The notes: a model not told the origin generated them from the sequence alone. 64,000 bases of DNA from Candidatus Gottesmanbacteria bacterium GW2011_GWA2_43_14 (GCA_000999095.1 LCFP01000006.1:1823-65822); one strand, 5' to 3'; counted from the first letter of the stretch, positions 48,283 to 58,800 are shown. Numbers and translations are program-made.

Positions 48283-49455
48283 TTAATAATTGCTTAACCA
48301 GATCACATAATCAAGCCCGTCCACTTTGCCGTTTCCGTCAAAATCTCCGGAAACCGAGCCATTAGTTACGGTTTTGTTATAGTTGTTGAGCCAGATGACA
48401 TAGTCGAGTCCGTCGGCTTTCCCGTCTCCATTGGCATCGCCCGGCTTGCCGGCTACCGTAACAGAAGGAGGAGAGGCAGAACCGGTGAACCAGGAAGCGG
48501 CGTAAATATTGGTTTTGAAAAATTTGAGCATGTGAGCGGCAGCTTTTTCTGCCCCTTTTCCGGCAACATTTTCAATCGGATGTGTGCCGTCCGTAGTCTC
48601 AAAATCAGAGGAAAACCAAGACAGACCTTCACTATTGGCATGGCCGTCGTCAGCCCAGAGGTAGGGACCCCAGGCCAAAACCGGACCGTTAGAATAATAG
48701 ACTTTGGCGTTTGTCCCGTTTATCTGGTCAAGAATTACCCGGCGCGCGGCAATGGCGCTTTCATAGGCATAAGGCTCATCGTTTAAATCTTTTGTGGCAT
48801 AACCGCCGTAGGTGCGGTTGGAGAAAAAAATAATTTTGGCATTGGGAAAGCGGTTGCCGATCTCATCGATAATGATTCTCTGATGTTCGGCTAAAGTTGA
48901 GACATACTCACCGCCTTCGGCCAGACAGTCAGTACAATTGCTGCCGTCCTGCGGTGCAAAATTGGCATGGAGCATCCAAATAGCCTGAACCTGGGCTGAG
49001 GTAACGCCGCTGTTGGTTAATTGGAGGGTGACATAATCCCAATTTTCGCCATTAGCCCATTTCTCAGCTACAACCGAGCCGCGGGCGCCGTTGACGATCA
49101 CTACCTTGGACGAGACACCGTTATCATTGGCCGCCTGCCCGATAAAAGCATCGGATTTTCTCCTGGTATTGGACATGCCCATGGTCAGAAGCACAATTTT
49201 ACCGGAAGAACTTGGATTGCCGGAGCCGTCCCTGGAGGTAATTTGGGACCGGGCTTCCGACAGTTTCTGGGCGTGGGCTGCGGGAGGATTATTTTGATAA
49301 TTGCCGTACAGGCCGCCGGTTTCATTCTGGTATTTCTGGCTGCCCGTCATATCCATAAGAGGTATGCAGTCGCTGGTGCAAATATTAGCGTAAACCCTGG
49401 GAGGAATTAAAAAAAAAGAGCCGAAGGCCACCAGAATGGCAAGAATAATTGTCAC
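48283..49455 (-). CDS. Secreted SGNH-hydrolase-like protein with dockerin
   Basis: GMSN (block I-like), VNGA.G, DGTHP (DxxH); paralog of 52186..53370. Confidence 0.65.
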   Translation of the reverse strand: MTIILAILVAFGSFFLIPPRVYANICTSDCIPLMDMTGSQKYQNETGGLYGNYQNNPPAAHAQKLSEARSQITSRDGSGNPSSSGKIVLLTMGMSNTRRKSDAFIGQAANDNGVSSKVVIVNGARGSVVAEKWANGENWDYVTLQLTNSGVTSAQVQAIWMLHANFAPQDGSNCTDCLAEGGEYVSTLAEHQRIIIDEIGNRFPNAKIIFFSNRTYGGYATKDLNDEPYAYESAIAARRVILDQINGTNAKVYYSNGPVLAWGPYLWADDGHANSEGLSWFSSDFETTDGTHPIENVAGKGAEKAAAHMLKFFKTNIYAASWFTGSASPPSVTVAGKPGDANGDGKADGLDYVIWLNNYNKTVTNGSVSGDFDGNGKVDGLDYVIWLSNY

Positions 49456-49472
49456 GGAATGTTCCTGTTATT

Positions 49473-50285
49473 TCAGCCCTTGGCTGCCCTGCGCCAAATT
49501 TCAAAATCGATCAGGTCAACTTTACCATCCTGATTGAGATCGGCAATTTTGCTTGTCAGTGACTTTTGATATTCAGCTTTCCATTGATTATAGCAGTCAA
49601 TCGAGCCTACCACGTTGCAGGCTTGAGGGTTGCCCGTAGGAGGTGTCAATGTCGGAGGAGTATTAGTCGGAGGTAGCGTCGGATTGGTCCCGCCGTTGTT
49701 TATGGCGGCGCTTGCAGCGTTTACGGTTAATTCCGTACCCCCCGCGCTGACGATTTGCATATCGGAAGCAAGGAATGTGAGCGTTGAGGTATCCGTGTTA
49801 TTGGAGCTTACCGAAGCAAGAGTGAAAGAAGCAAATTCGAAGGAAGAAGCCGGTTGAGTATCCGTGGGGGAAGCGGCAATCACAATAACGGCTTTGCCGC
49901 TTGTATTGGCATTGGCCATGGTCGTTTTCTCAACCACAGTTGATAGGCTGGCTGTGGTGGTGATTTCGGAATCAAATTTAACTTTCGTTTTGTCAAAAAC
50001 GATAACCACCCGGGCAAAAGCAACAGCCTGCCCATGGGGGTCAAGCATGATTTTGACATTTGCATTCGGCGGCAAATTGAAAGAGGCAGGAGAAAATGCG
50101 GCGTCAACCGAGCCGGTTAACTGTGCCTTCGAGAAGTAATTGATAGTATTCTGGACCGCAATAACAGTTATGGGCAGAATCAGTAGAATTAAGATAAAGG
50201 CTAATGGATTCCCTATGGATTTGTTGTCCAGGGTGCGGTAAATTTTTTTGATTTTTCTGGCAGCCGGTTTTATCATCTCCTTCAA
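49473..50285 (-). CDS. Membrane-anchored cohesin-like domain with atypical dockerin (candidate adaptor scaffoldin)
   Basis: TM, VAFARVVIVFDKTKV...GKAVIVI...FEFASFTL...STLTF..SDMQIV, PT linker, ADLNQDGKVDLIDFEIWRR. Confidence 0.65.
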   Translation of the reverse strand: MKEMIKPAARKIKKIYRTLDNKSIGNPLAFILILLILPITVIAVQNTINYFSKAQLTGSVDAAFSPASFNLPPNANVKIMLDPHGQAVAFARVVIVFDKTKVKFDSEITTTASLSTVVEKTTMANANTSGKAVIVIAASPTDTQPASSFEFASFTLASVSSNNTDTSTLTFLASDMQIVSAGGTELTVNAASAAINNGGTNPTLPPTNTPPTLTPPTGNPQACNVVGSIDCYNQWKAEYQKSLTSKIADLNQDGKVDLIDFEIWRRAAKG

Positions 50286-50323
50286 TCAAAGCATAAAACA
50301 GGGTCGCTAATCAAGAAGAATAT

Positions 50324-52132
50324 TCATTTGTTATAATTATTTAACCAAATAACGTAGTCCAGTCCGTCCGCTTTGCCGTTTTTATCAAAGTCACCGCCGG
50401 CCGCTCCCGTGGTTACAGTTTTATTGTAGTTATTCAGCCAGACAACATAATCCAGGCCGTCAACCTTTCCGTCTCCATTGGCATCTCCTGCTTTGCCCGC
50501 CGGGGAAGTAGGAGTCGGGGATTTGGTGGCAGGAGGTGTCGGGGAAGCAGTGACCGATAAAGGCATGGTTAGCTCGTAAAGCCTGCCGTCAGTAAGACCG
50601 AGGTTATCCTCAACGGTCAAAGTTACAAAATATTTACCGTTAGCTGAATAAGTATGTGATACTTCTTTACTGTTTGAACTGGTTCCATCATCAAAATTCC
50701 AGGTGTATTTGCTGACAGTACCGATCCTGTCAGATGAGGCTCCGGCATTAAAATTGACGGTCAAGGCATTGATGCCGGGACTTACGGAAAAATTGGCCAC
50801 GGGAGGCTGGTTCCCGGGTTGGTTAAGGCTGTTTTGGGCTGCGGTCAGTTCATTTGAAAGAAAGCTGACCAGTTGGGGGTGCTGTGAGGACAAATTATTT
50901 TTTTCACCGATATCCGAAGCTAAATTAAAGAGCATCTGGGGATTTGAAACCATACCGCATTCAGCCATCCAGGTTTGGCCGCCTGAGCTTTGCGTCATCA
51001 GTTTCCATTTTCCGGCAATGACGGCTTTATTTTTTGACAGCCAGGTGAAAGCGATATCGTCATCAGGACGCTCGCCGTTGCCGAAGATAACCGATGACAA
51101 ATCCTGGCCGTCGATGGCACGGTCCATGGGAAGGGCAGCTCCGGTCAATTTTGCGAAAGTCGGATATAGGTCAAATATTGCCCCGATTTTATCAACTGTC
51201 CTGCCGGAAGATATAAATCCAGGCCAATTGGCGATAAACGGCACCCTGATGCCTCCTTCGTAATAAGTTCCTTTACCGCAATACAAAGGACCGGCGGAGC
51301 CGCCCTGCGGGGCATTGGCTATAGCCGGCCCGTTATCGCTGGCAAAAACAATCAGGGTGTTGTTCCTGAGACCAAGCTTGTCGATTTCCGCCACAACCTG
51401 GCCGACACCCCAATCCATTTCTTCGACAACATCGCCGTAAGTCCCGTCAAGAGATTTGCCGGCAAAATCAGGGTGGGCAACAAGGGGAGCATGAGGAGCG
51501 GTATATGCTAAATAGAGAAAAAACGGTATGTTTTTGTTTTGATTGATAAAATTCACCGCCTCCGAGGTAAAATTATGAGTCAGCATCGACAGGTCAGCCG
51601 GATTTTCAATTACCTCCGTACCTCTCATCAGAGGAATCTGCCCTCCGTTATAATTGTTCGAATACCAGACGCCGTACCAGTAATCAAAACCATGAAGAGT
51701 GGGGTTGTATTGGGTTTGATGACCAAGGTGCCATTTGCCGATTATGCCCGTTTTATAGCTTTTGCTTTTTAAAAGTTCCGCTATGGTAATTTCCGATGCA
51801 GCCAGGCCTTTTTGGGAAGAGGTACCGGAAATGGAGATGATTTCATCGATGCCTACCCGTCTTGAATAGCGGCCGGTTACAAAAGCTGCCCTGGTCGGGC
51901 AGCAGACACCTGAGTTTGCATAGAATTGGCTGAATTTGCTGCCTCCCTGGGCCAGTTTGTCGATATTGGGAGTTTTTATCTTTGTTGAACCGTAACTACC
52001 CAAATCACCGTAGCCAAGATCATCGGCCAGGATAAAGACGATATTCGGTTTAACAGGAAGTGTCTGGGCGGAGATACCGGCGGGTACAGCCAGCGGAAAA
52101 AGAAAAAAAAATATAAAGACGAATTTTTTCAT
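50324..52132 (-). CDS. Secreted arylsulfatase (Cys-type) with PKD domain and dockerin
   Basis: KPNIVFILADDLGYGD, CCPTR (CxPxR), GKWHLG, SDNG, EGGIRVP; PKD motif PVANF...WNFDDG...SHTY. Confidence 0.92.
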   Translation of the reverse strand: MKKFVFIFFFLFPLAVPAGISAQTLPVKPNIVFILADDLGYGDLGSYGSTKIKTPNIDKLAQGGSKFSQFYANSGVCCPTRAAFVTGRYSRRVGIDEIISISGTSSQKGLAASEITIAELLKSKSYKTGIIGKWHLGHQTQYNPTLHGFDYWYGVWYSNNYNGGQIPLMRGTEVIENPADLSMLTHNFTSEAVNFINQNKNIPFFLYLAYTAPHAPLVAHPDFAGKSLDGTYGDVVEEMDWGVGQVVAEIDKLGLRNNTLIVFASDNGPAIANAPQGGSAGPLYCGKGTYYEGGIRVPFIANWPGFISSGRTVDKIGAIFDLYPTFAKLTGAALPMDRAIDGQDLSSVIFGNGERPDDDIAFTWLSKNKAVIAGKWKLMTQSSGGQTWMAECGMVSNPQMLFNLASDIGEKNNLSSQHPQLVSFLSNELTAAQNSLNQPGNQPPVANFSVSPGINALTVNFNAGASSDRIGTVSKYTWNFDDGTSSNSKEVSHTYSANGKYFVTLTVEDNLGLTDGRLYELTMPLSVTASPTPPATKSPTPTSPAGKAGDANGDGKVDGLDYVVWLNNYNKTVTTGAAGGDFDKNGKADGLDYVIWLNNYNK

Positions 52133-52185
52133 GATGAATTCAGTATAGAATCCAATCAGGCAAATTTACAAATAGGACAGACGGA

Positions 52186-53370
52186 TTATTTATTGTAATT
52201 GACCAGCCAGATGACATAGTCCAGGCCGTCAACTTTGCCGTTGCCGTCAAAATCTCCCGAAGCTGAGCCGTTGGATACGGTTTTATTATAGTTATTGAGC
52301 CAGACTACATAGTCGAGACCGTCAACCTTGTTGTCTCCGTTGGCGTCACCCGGTTTTTGCCCTGATGGGGGCGTCGGTGTTTTGCTTGGTGAGACATTCA
52401 TTGTCGGAGGCGGTGCAGATCCCGTAAACCAGGAAGCGGCCAAAGGGCTGGTTTTAAAGAAATTCATTAACATCTGAGCCACCTTGAGTTCTCCTGAGGC
52501 TGATGGATGTCCGCCGTCATCCTGGAAATCTTCGCATTTCCAGACAAGGCCGTCGCTGCGCGGATTGAGACCGTCTGCCCAGATATAAGGGGCCCAAACA
52601 ATAACCGGACTGTTGTTATAGTCAATTTCTGAAGTGCCTGTCGGATTGGTGATACCCATTTGATCCTGGATCAACCAGCGGAAAGCAAAACCGCTTTCAT
52701 AGGCAAGAGGTTCAATACTGGAGTGACCGGAAGCATATCCGGCATAAATGCGGCTGGATACATAGATAATTTTAATTGCAGGGTAGTCTGTTTTTAATTT
52801 TTTGACCATATAAACAAGATTAGATTTAAGCAGCATTGCATCTTCAAGTCCGGGGGTTTCAGCGGTATCCCTGTTTGCCTGTTTCAGCCAAACGACCTGA
52901 ACCTGTTCTTTTGAGAGACCGGCTGAGGAAATCCGGCTTGAAAGGACGCTCCAAGGATTGGTGCCCGGTTCCGGAGTTACCCATCTGTCGGCACTTTGGC
53001 CGCTTTGGGCGCCGTTGACGGTGACTATTGAATTTTGAACTCCAGGGTCGGAGTCGACCAATTCCTGAAAAACAATGAATTCCTGGGAAACATTGGACAT
53101 TCCCACAGATATAAAGCCGATTTTTCCGTTTACCGGTTTGACCTGTCCGGCAGCTATTTGAGCCATTTGCAGGTGGGCAAGGGGAACGGAGTTGCTGCCG
53201 TTTACATATAAACCGCCTGACTGCCCTTTGTATAACTGGTTGGCGCCCATATCAATAAGGGGAATAAAACCGACAGAGGTATTGGCGCAATTTTTCGCTG
53301 CCAGAAGAGGATTAACTGAAATTTGCATAAGAAGCAGAAATAACAAGACTGAGGTCAATTTTTTTGACAT
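52186..53370 (-). CDS. Secreted SGNH-hydrolase-like protein with dockerin
   Basis: GMSN, VNGA, SSRIYAGYA, EP.AYES, DGGHP; paralog of 48283. Confidence 0.65.
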   Translation of the reverse strand: MSKKLTSVLLFLLLMQISVNPLLAAKNCANTSVGFIPLIDMGANQLYKGQSGGLYVNGSNSVPLAHLQMAQIAAGQVKPVNGKIGFISVGMSNVSQEFIVFQELVDSDPGVQNSIVTVNGAQSGQSADRWVTPEPGTNPWSVLSSRISSAGLSKEQVQVVWLKQANRDTAETPGLEDAMLLKSNLVYMVKKLKTDYPAIKIIYVSSRIYAGYASGHSSIEPLAYESGFAFRWLIQDQMGITNPTGTSEIDYNNSPVIVWAPYIWADGLNPRSDGLVWKCEDFQDDGGHPSASGELKVAQMLMNFFKTSPLAASWFTGSAPPPTMNVSPSKTPTPPSGQKPGDANGDNKVDGLDYVVWLNNYNKTVSNGSASGDFDGNGKVDGLDYVIWLVNYNK

Positions 53371-53374
53371 AAGT

Positions 53375-54697
53375 TTATTTGTTATAATTATTCAGCCAGA
53401 TAACGTAATCGAGTCCGTCAACTTTACCGTTTTTATCAAAGTCCCCGCCGGCTGCTCCCGTAGTTATGGATTTATTGTAGTTATTCAGCCAGATGACATA
53501 ATCCAGCCCGTCAACCTTGCCGTCCCCGTTGGCGTCCCCCGGTTTTGCGAGATCTCCGGTTATAACTGGTATGGTCGGGCTGAGTGTGATTTTTGTCGGA
53601 GTGACCTGGGCCGGAGTGCTGGTTGCCGTGCCCGGTCCGGCTGATAAGGTGCCTTTGATTGTGGACAACTTATCAGCGCCGGTATAAACAAAGACAAAAT
53701 TTTTACCGTCGGCGGATGTCCATTTATTGGAAAAATTCCAGAAGACTGTTTTGGCTTCCGCCCCCTGAAGACCGACAGACCAGGCATTGGCAAAAAGGAC
53801 TGTTTTCCAGGGATTTTGTACGTTATTCGGATCTCCCCAGGGCGCCGGAGCCTCATAAATACCGATATATCCGCCGGTTCCCCTTTTTATCTGCTGGGTG
53901 ACCAGAAAATACTTCTTAAGCCCTGCATTATATACGGCGCTGGTTCTCATGACTCCGTTGGCGACGTCGGTAAAGACCGGTTTTTTGAGGCTGACATTAC
54001 TGTTCCATTGGGGCACACCACCGGAGTAGCCGGTGAAGAACTGGTAGTTTGCACGGTTCATGGGATCGCTTTTGGGTACGCGCATAAGGTATATATACCC
54101 GGGTTTCTGTACGTCCCAGGTGCTGTTCTGGATACCTGGGGCATAGATATAAAGATATGACGGATCGCCTCCGGCATAGTCTTTGCCGTATTGGAGGAAG
54201 GTAGGACAGAAAAAATTGCCGCCGTTGGACTGGTCGAATTGCCAGGAAGCCTGAGCCCATTGCGTACCGTGGGTGGTTGATTTATACAGTTTCTGGAAAC
54301 TGTAGGCTGAGTTGTCCGATGCATTTCCGCATACCCACATATAAAGTATACCTCCGACAGAAATAATGCCGTAACTTTTGCCGTTGCCCGTCCATAAGTT
54401 TTGGCCCGTAAAATTGTCTGCTCCTCCGGATATTTTGGCTACGCCCTGGCTGTACTTGGCGCTGTCTCCGAAGCCTCCGCCGTCTCCGAAATTGGTGTAT
54501 TGGGCGTCATCGTCTGCCCAGGTCACCGGCCAGTTGTCACTGCCGCTGGTTATGGAATAGGATTTTTTACTGGCGGTATCAAAACTTACGGAAATTGAAC
54601 TTTGGGCGTAGGGGGCAGCGGCAAAGACGGGGACCGAATATAAATTGAGGGAGACAGTGGTCAAAAAAAATCCCGTCAACAACAGGAGCAGCTTCAT
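53375..54697 (-). CDS. Secreted DUF4185-like beta-propeller (putative glycoside hydrolase) with dockerin
   Basis: GSDNWPVTWADDD..YT.FGDG.GF, FLQYGKDY, ARVPK-like, APAPWG, KW.S.DGK. Confidence 0.6.
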   Translation of the reverse strand: MKLLLLLTGFFLTTVSLNLYSVPVFAAAPYAQSSISVSFDTASKKSYSITSGSDNWPVTWADDDAQYTNFGDGGGFGDSAKYSQGVAKISGGADNFTGQNLWTGNGKSYGIISVGGILYMWVCGNASDNSAYSFQKLYKSTTHGTQWAQASWQFDQSNGGNFFCPTFLQYGKDYAGGDPSYLYIYAPGIQNSTWDVQKPGYIYLMRVPKSDPMNRANYQFFTGYSGGVPQWNSNVSLKKPVFTDVANGVMRTSAVYNAGLKKYFLVTQQIKRGTGGYIGIYEAPAPWGDPNNVQNPWKTVLFANAWSVGLQGAEAKTVFWNFSNKWTSADGKNFVFVYTGADKLSTIKGTLSAGPGTATSTPAQVTPTKITLSPTIPVITGDLAKPGDANGDGKVDGLDYVIWLNNYNKSITTGAAGGDFDKNGKVDGLDYVIWLNNYNK

Positions 54698-54745
54698 ATA
54701 ATTACTTTATGTGAGCGGGAATAAATGATCAAGAAGGAAACATGC

Positions 54746-56056
54746 CTATATGTTGTAATTGTTCAGCCAGATAACGTAGTCCAGCCCGTCTACTTTCCCG
54801 GAATTATTGAAATCACCACTTCCTGCTCCCGCAACCTGCTGGTTGTAGTGGTTAAGCCAGATGACATAATCCAGTCCGTCAACTTTAGTATCTCCGTTGG
54901 CATCTCCCTGTTTACCGATCGTCCCTACATTTATGGTGACTGTGGCTGTGTTGGAAAAAGCAAGGCCGTCATTTACCCTCCATTTAAAAGTATCGTTGCC
55001 CGAATAGCCCGAGACAGGTGTATAAACCCAATCATTGTCGGTTGCGGCACCGTTTATAGAGCCGTGAAGTGGCAGTTGAGTAACCGAGTATATATATGGA
55101 CCCGGTCCGTCAGGATCAGCAAAGGAAAAGATTATCGAGAGGGGTGTCTCTACCGCAGTAGAGTAGGTGCTGTTTTGAACAGTCGGAGGATGGTTGACTC
55201 CGGTTGGTTCTGCAGTTGGCGTCGGTCCTGTATTGCCGCACGAATTGCCGGCCGGCCATTCTATTTTTGAAGGAGTGCCTCCATTGCCAAAGCCGGCGGC
55301 GCAGGCGTTATCAAGGGCGTAATTGGCCAATGATATGGAAACAGATTCGTCAGGTCTATGGTACTCTCCAACGACAACAGGTTTTCCCAGGCTTGTCCTG
55401 GCGTTATTGACTTTTGTTGCTACTTGAGGACCTGTGGTAGATTCCGTGGGAGGATTGGTTTGCAGAACCATATAATCGCACCAGCTTTGCGAGCAGTATT
55501 CCCATTTATTTGGCGTCTGGTGTGCTGCCAACGGTTTATTTGTCAAACTGTCCATGTGATTTCCTATCTCCTGAATTTCGCTTGCCGTCCAATATTCATT
55601 CGATTCCAGACCAACCACATAACTGTTGGTTTTGGCGTCAATTTGGGGAATAAATGCGCTTAAATCAGTTTTTATTGCCGCAACAGTTTTACCTTTCCAG
55701 GTTCCGGTATCACTGGTAAGCCAGACTACCGCTTTGATACCGGCAGTGTTTAATTCCGTCAATAAAGAATTAAATCCCGATGGGTTTGGATAATAATTGA
55801 AAGCGCTGGCAGTGACGGACAGGTAAGCGTGGGTATAGCCTCTAGATTTAAGTTGAGAGATATAAGCCGAACGCTGGCTGGCAGATGCGGTCGGGAAATA
55901 GGTTGTGCCGCAATTGCTGCCGCAGGCCGGCAGGGATAGAAAATCAGTGGCATGGGGAAGAACTCCGGCAGTGCTTTCAGCTTTAACCGGCTTGACGGAA
56001 ATCATGCTTATAATCAGGAAGAATGAACAAATAATCAGGCCAGCGTAATTTTTCAT
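54746..56056 (-). CDS. Secreted clan GH-A-like TIM barrel with cadherin-like Ig domain and dockerin
   Basis: GLESNE (acid/base-like), KPVVVGEY (nucleophile-like); NHPP...DPDG...YTP..GYSGNDTF...VNDG. Confidence 0.6.
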   Translation of the reverse strand: MKNYAGLIICSFFLIISMISVKPVKAESTAGVLPHATDFLSLPACGSNCGTTYFPTASASQRSAYISQLKSRGYTHAYLSVTASAFNYYPNPSGFNSLLTELNTAGIKAVVWLTSDTGTWKGKTVAAIKTDLSAFIPQIDAKTNSYVVGLESNEYWTASEIQEIGNHMDSLTNKPLAAHQTPNKWEYCSQSWCDYMVLQTNPPTESTTGPQVATKVNNARTSLGKPVVVGEYHRPDESVSISLANYALDNACAAGFGNGGTPSKIEWPAGNSCGNTGPTPTAEPTGVNHPPTVQNSTYSTAVETPLSIIFSFADPDGPGPYIYSVTQLPLHGSINGAATDNDWVYTPVSGYSGNDTFKWRVNDGLAFSNTATVTINVGTIGKQGDANGDTKVDGLDYVIWLNHYNQQVAGAGSGDFNNSGKVDGLDYVIWLNNYNI

Positions 56057-56079
56057 ATTAATTGATCATAACATTGAGA

Positions 56080-57423
56080 TTATTTGTTGTAGTTATTCAA
56101 CCAGATAACATAATCCAGACCATCTACCTTGCCTGAATTATTGAAGTCACCACTTCCTGCTCCCGTTGCCGACTGGTTGTAGTGGTTAAGCCAGACAACA
56201 TAATCCAGCCCGTCAACTTTGCCGTCCCCGTTGGCATCACCTGGCTTTCCGGATACTATTGGGGTAGGTGTTTTCGTTGGCAAAATGGAAGGACCACCCT
56301 CAAATAAAGGATTTGAACCGGTTATATTAGCCTCAATTATGTGGGGTATCCCTCCACTCGTCTTTGGGGAATCGTCGACACCAACGCCAGCAAAAACCAC
56401 ACCGTTTTTCTGGTTCCAAAGAATATATGTTCCTCCCGCCCCTGCGCCCCAAGCCCAGGATGTCGAGGCATTTTTATAAAAATCCCCAGCGGAATTGGTC
56501 CATGTCAAATAACCATAAGGAGATTCAGGAAAGGTCGCTTTAGTTAAAAAGCTGATTACCCCGTCGTTACAACCATCGTAATTTACCAACATTCCTGCGG
56601 TTTTTTTAGTTTCCTGTTCTTCAACAAACCATTGGGGAACCAGTACTGTGTTGTTCCATCTTCCTCGTGCTAGCATTAAAAGACCCAATCTACCCATGTC
56701 TTCCAAATCCAGCACCAACCTAATGCCGTCGGTATTTAGCTGCGTATTCCAGCCCTGCATTCCGATAGCTGAGAAATATGCCTGATTAAGCACTGTTTTA
56801 TAATTTGAGGCAGTATAGCTGCCACCAGGACTGCCCCAAGCTTTAAATAATGCCTCATTCAAATTCTTTAAATTGAGGTCAGAGTAAGTCCACATCTGGC
56901 CGGGTGCATAGTCAATGCTGTCCCCACAGCCCGGATAATCAAAGCCTGCAGACTGTGTAATTACGTGCCACCAAGTCGCGTCTTTATCCTTACCTGTTAA
57001 ATTTGTTTGATAAAAACTAATTTTTTGAGTTTTAAAGTCGGGAATTTTCCCCTGATTGACTGCTGCACCGACGGTCAGGGCATGCCAGGTTTTCCGCAAC
57101 GATTTGACCTCGGAAGTCTGGTTAAAATCTCCAGATACATGCACAAGATAGCCATGACGCCACAATGCCCATCGCGTCGCTTTACCAGACAGATCAGTTA
57201 TTATATTACCGCTAAGATTAACCGTCTGGGGTGTTTGTTGATTTTGTTGGGACAATGTTTGGCCGGGAGGAGGGAAATAATAACCTGCAGCATTTATTCC
57301 TTTGGGCAAGAAAAGGGTCAAAAAAAATAACAACGACAAATATCTTTTAGTCGAACGTTCCACACCTAAATTCGCACAGACTCGCCTAACCATCTCGAGA
57401 CAAAAAAATTTTTTACTTACCAT
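56080..57423 (-). CDS. Secreted serine hydrolase (beta-lactamase/class C-like family) with dockerin
   Basis: SLRK (SxxK), W.YSD, DMGRLGLL.L..G.W, YGYL.W; true start probably 10-20 codons downstream. Confidence 0.8.
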   Translation of the reverse strand: MVSKKFFCLEMVRRVCANLGVERSTKRYLSLLFFLTLFLPKGINAAGYYFPPPGQTLSQQNQQTPQTVNLSGNIITDLSGKATRWALWRHGYLVHVSGDFNQTSEVKSLRKTWHALTVGAAVNQGKIPDFKTQKISFYQTNLTGKDKDATWWHVITQSAGFDYPGCGDSIDYAPGQMWTYSDLNLKNLNEALFKAWGSPGGSYTASNYKTVLNQAYFSAIGMQGWNTQLNTDGIRLVLDLEDMGRLGLLMLARGRWNNTVLVPQWFVEEQETKKTAGMLVNYDGCNDGVISFLTKATFPESPYGYLTWTNSAGDFYKNASTSWAWGAGAGGTYILWNQKNGVVFAGVGVDDSPKTSGGIPHIIEANITGSNPLFEGGPSILPTKTPTPIVSGKPGDANGDGKVDGLDYVVWLNHYNQSATGAGSGDFNNSGKVDGLDYVIWLNNYNK

Positions 57424-58678
57424 AATTATTCAACCAGATAACGTAGTCAAGGCCATCTACCTTGCCTGAATTATTGAAGTCTCCGTATCCTGCTCCCGTT
57501 GCCGACTGGTTGTAATGGTTAAGCCAGATGACATAATCCAGTCCGTCGACTTTATTGTCTTTGTTGGCATCGCCGGATTTGATAGCGGGTGAAAGTGAAA
57601 TAATAAGCGTGGGTGTTATATTTTCGCCTGTCATATTTTTATAACTTACGTATGCAAGAGTATTAGTCCGGAAATCAGAAGCTTTGACAAGTCCGCCAAT
57701 CCTTCGTTCGGTTGTATAGACGTTTTGGTCACACCAGACAGGGTCTTGTGTATCTTTTTGACACCAGTTGGGCAAAGTGAAGAAAAATACTGCCTTAACA
57801 GATTGGTTGAAAATTCTTTGATGCCAACTAGACATAACGGCTGCTAAACTTTCTTCAGAAGTCTCACTGGGATTAGTTTCGGTTACCCAAACCGATTTTA
57901 ATCCTAAATTATAAATATTCAGCAGATTTTTTACTTTATTAAAAGTATTTTCGGGATTGTCGACAGCTCCGTATAAATGAAAATTAAAAATATCAAAAGC
58001 TTGGGCGATTCCCTGTTTTTTCAAAAGATTATCAACCCAGTTATTTCCGTCTGAATTGAGAATACCATTGTGAGTAATTCCACCGTTTAAAACTTTGGAG
58101 GAGGGATCTATATTATGTATTATCAGATTAGCTTCTTTAAGTATGTCAAAATATTCGTCGACTGTACCCGAAAACATCAAAGAACTATTGGGTTCATTCC
58201 ATATTTCCCAATATCGAATATAAGCAAGCCCACCGGTCTGATAACCATATCTTTCAACACTTTTCTGGATGAATTTTCCCCAATCTGTAAGTTTGGGAGG
58301 GCATATTTTATCTTTTATTAACAAACCTCCACAGTTGGAATCTGATTTTGCCCAATACGGAGTATCTCTTATGATCATAAGTGGTTCTAAATCGTTTATT
58401 TTAAGCAAGCTCAGTATGTCATCTGTTTGGTTCCAATGGTATTGCCCTTGAATTTTTTCTATTTCATCCCAACTCATTCTCAATCGAACCATTTTGGTAC
58501 CTGTTTTTTTAATAATATCTATCTGTTCTTCAAGACTAATACCCTGTTGAGAAGCTAAGGGCATCGGTAAGTCTGCATGAAGACCATAGATACGTTCCTG
58601 AGCGTAAAGAGAGTTAGGTATAATAAATATTTCAAATTGAAAAATGAAAAAAAGTATGACTGCTTTTATTATTGACAT
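57413..58678 (-). CDS. Secreted clan GH-A glycoside hydrolase (GH39/GH5-like) with dockerin
   Basis: W..IE...G.Y.W...D, TP.WA, YWEIWNEPN, FH.Y, VWVTE. Confidence 0.8.
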   Translation of the reverse strand: MSIIKAVILFFIFQFEIFIIPNSLYAQERIYGLHADLPMPLASQQGISLEEQIDIIKKTGTKMVRLRMSWDEIEKIQGQYHWNQTDDILSLLKINDLEPLMIIRDTPYWAKSDSNCGGLLIKDKICPPKLTDWGKFIQKSVERYGYQTGGLAYIRYWEIWNEPNSSLMFSGTVDEYFDILKEANLIIHNIDPSSKVLNGGITHNGILNSDGNNWVDNLLKKQGIAQAFDIFNFHLYGAVDNPENTFNKVKNLLNIYNLGLKSVWVTETNPSETSEESLAAVMSSWHQRIFNQSVKAVFFFTLPNWCQKDTQDPVWCDQNVYTTERRIGGLVKASDFRTNTLAYVSYKNMTGENITPTLIISLSPAIKSGDANKDNKVDGLDYVIWLNHYNQSATGAGYGDFNNSGKVDGLDYVIWLNNYGK

Positions 58679-58779
58679 ATATTAGTTATTCAACGTATCA
58701 ACAAATTAATTTGTTTGGTTGAAAATCAATTGTTTATTATCATGCTTCGCGGGACAAAACCAGCTGAGATAATTATTCA

Positions 58780-58800
58780 GTCCTTCGACAGGCTCAGGAC
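58780..58800. repeat. Short REP-like element GTCCT-TCGACAGGCTC-AGGAC
   Basis: Terminal inverted repeat in the longest intergenic gap within the minus-strand run of the array; single copy in the window. Confidence 0.35.

Noticed and set aside
54725-55270. Antisense ORFs over the array (e.g. 54725+, 53192+, 60075+) with similar VVIQPDN-like sequences
   Set aside because: Their mutual similarity is just the reverse complement of the dockerin module; they are not independent genes.
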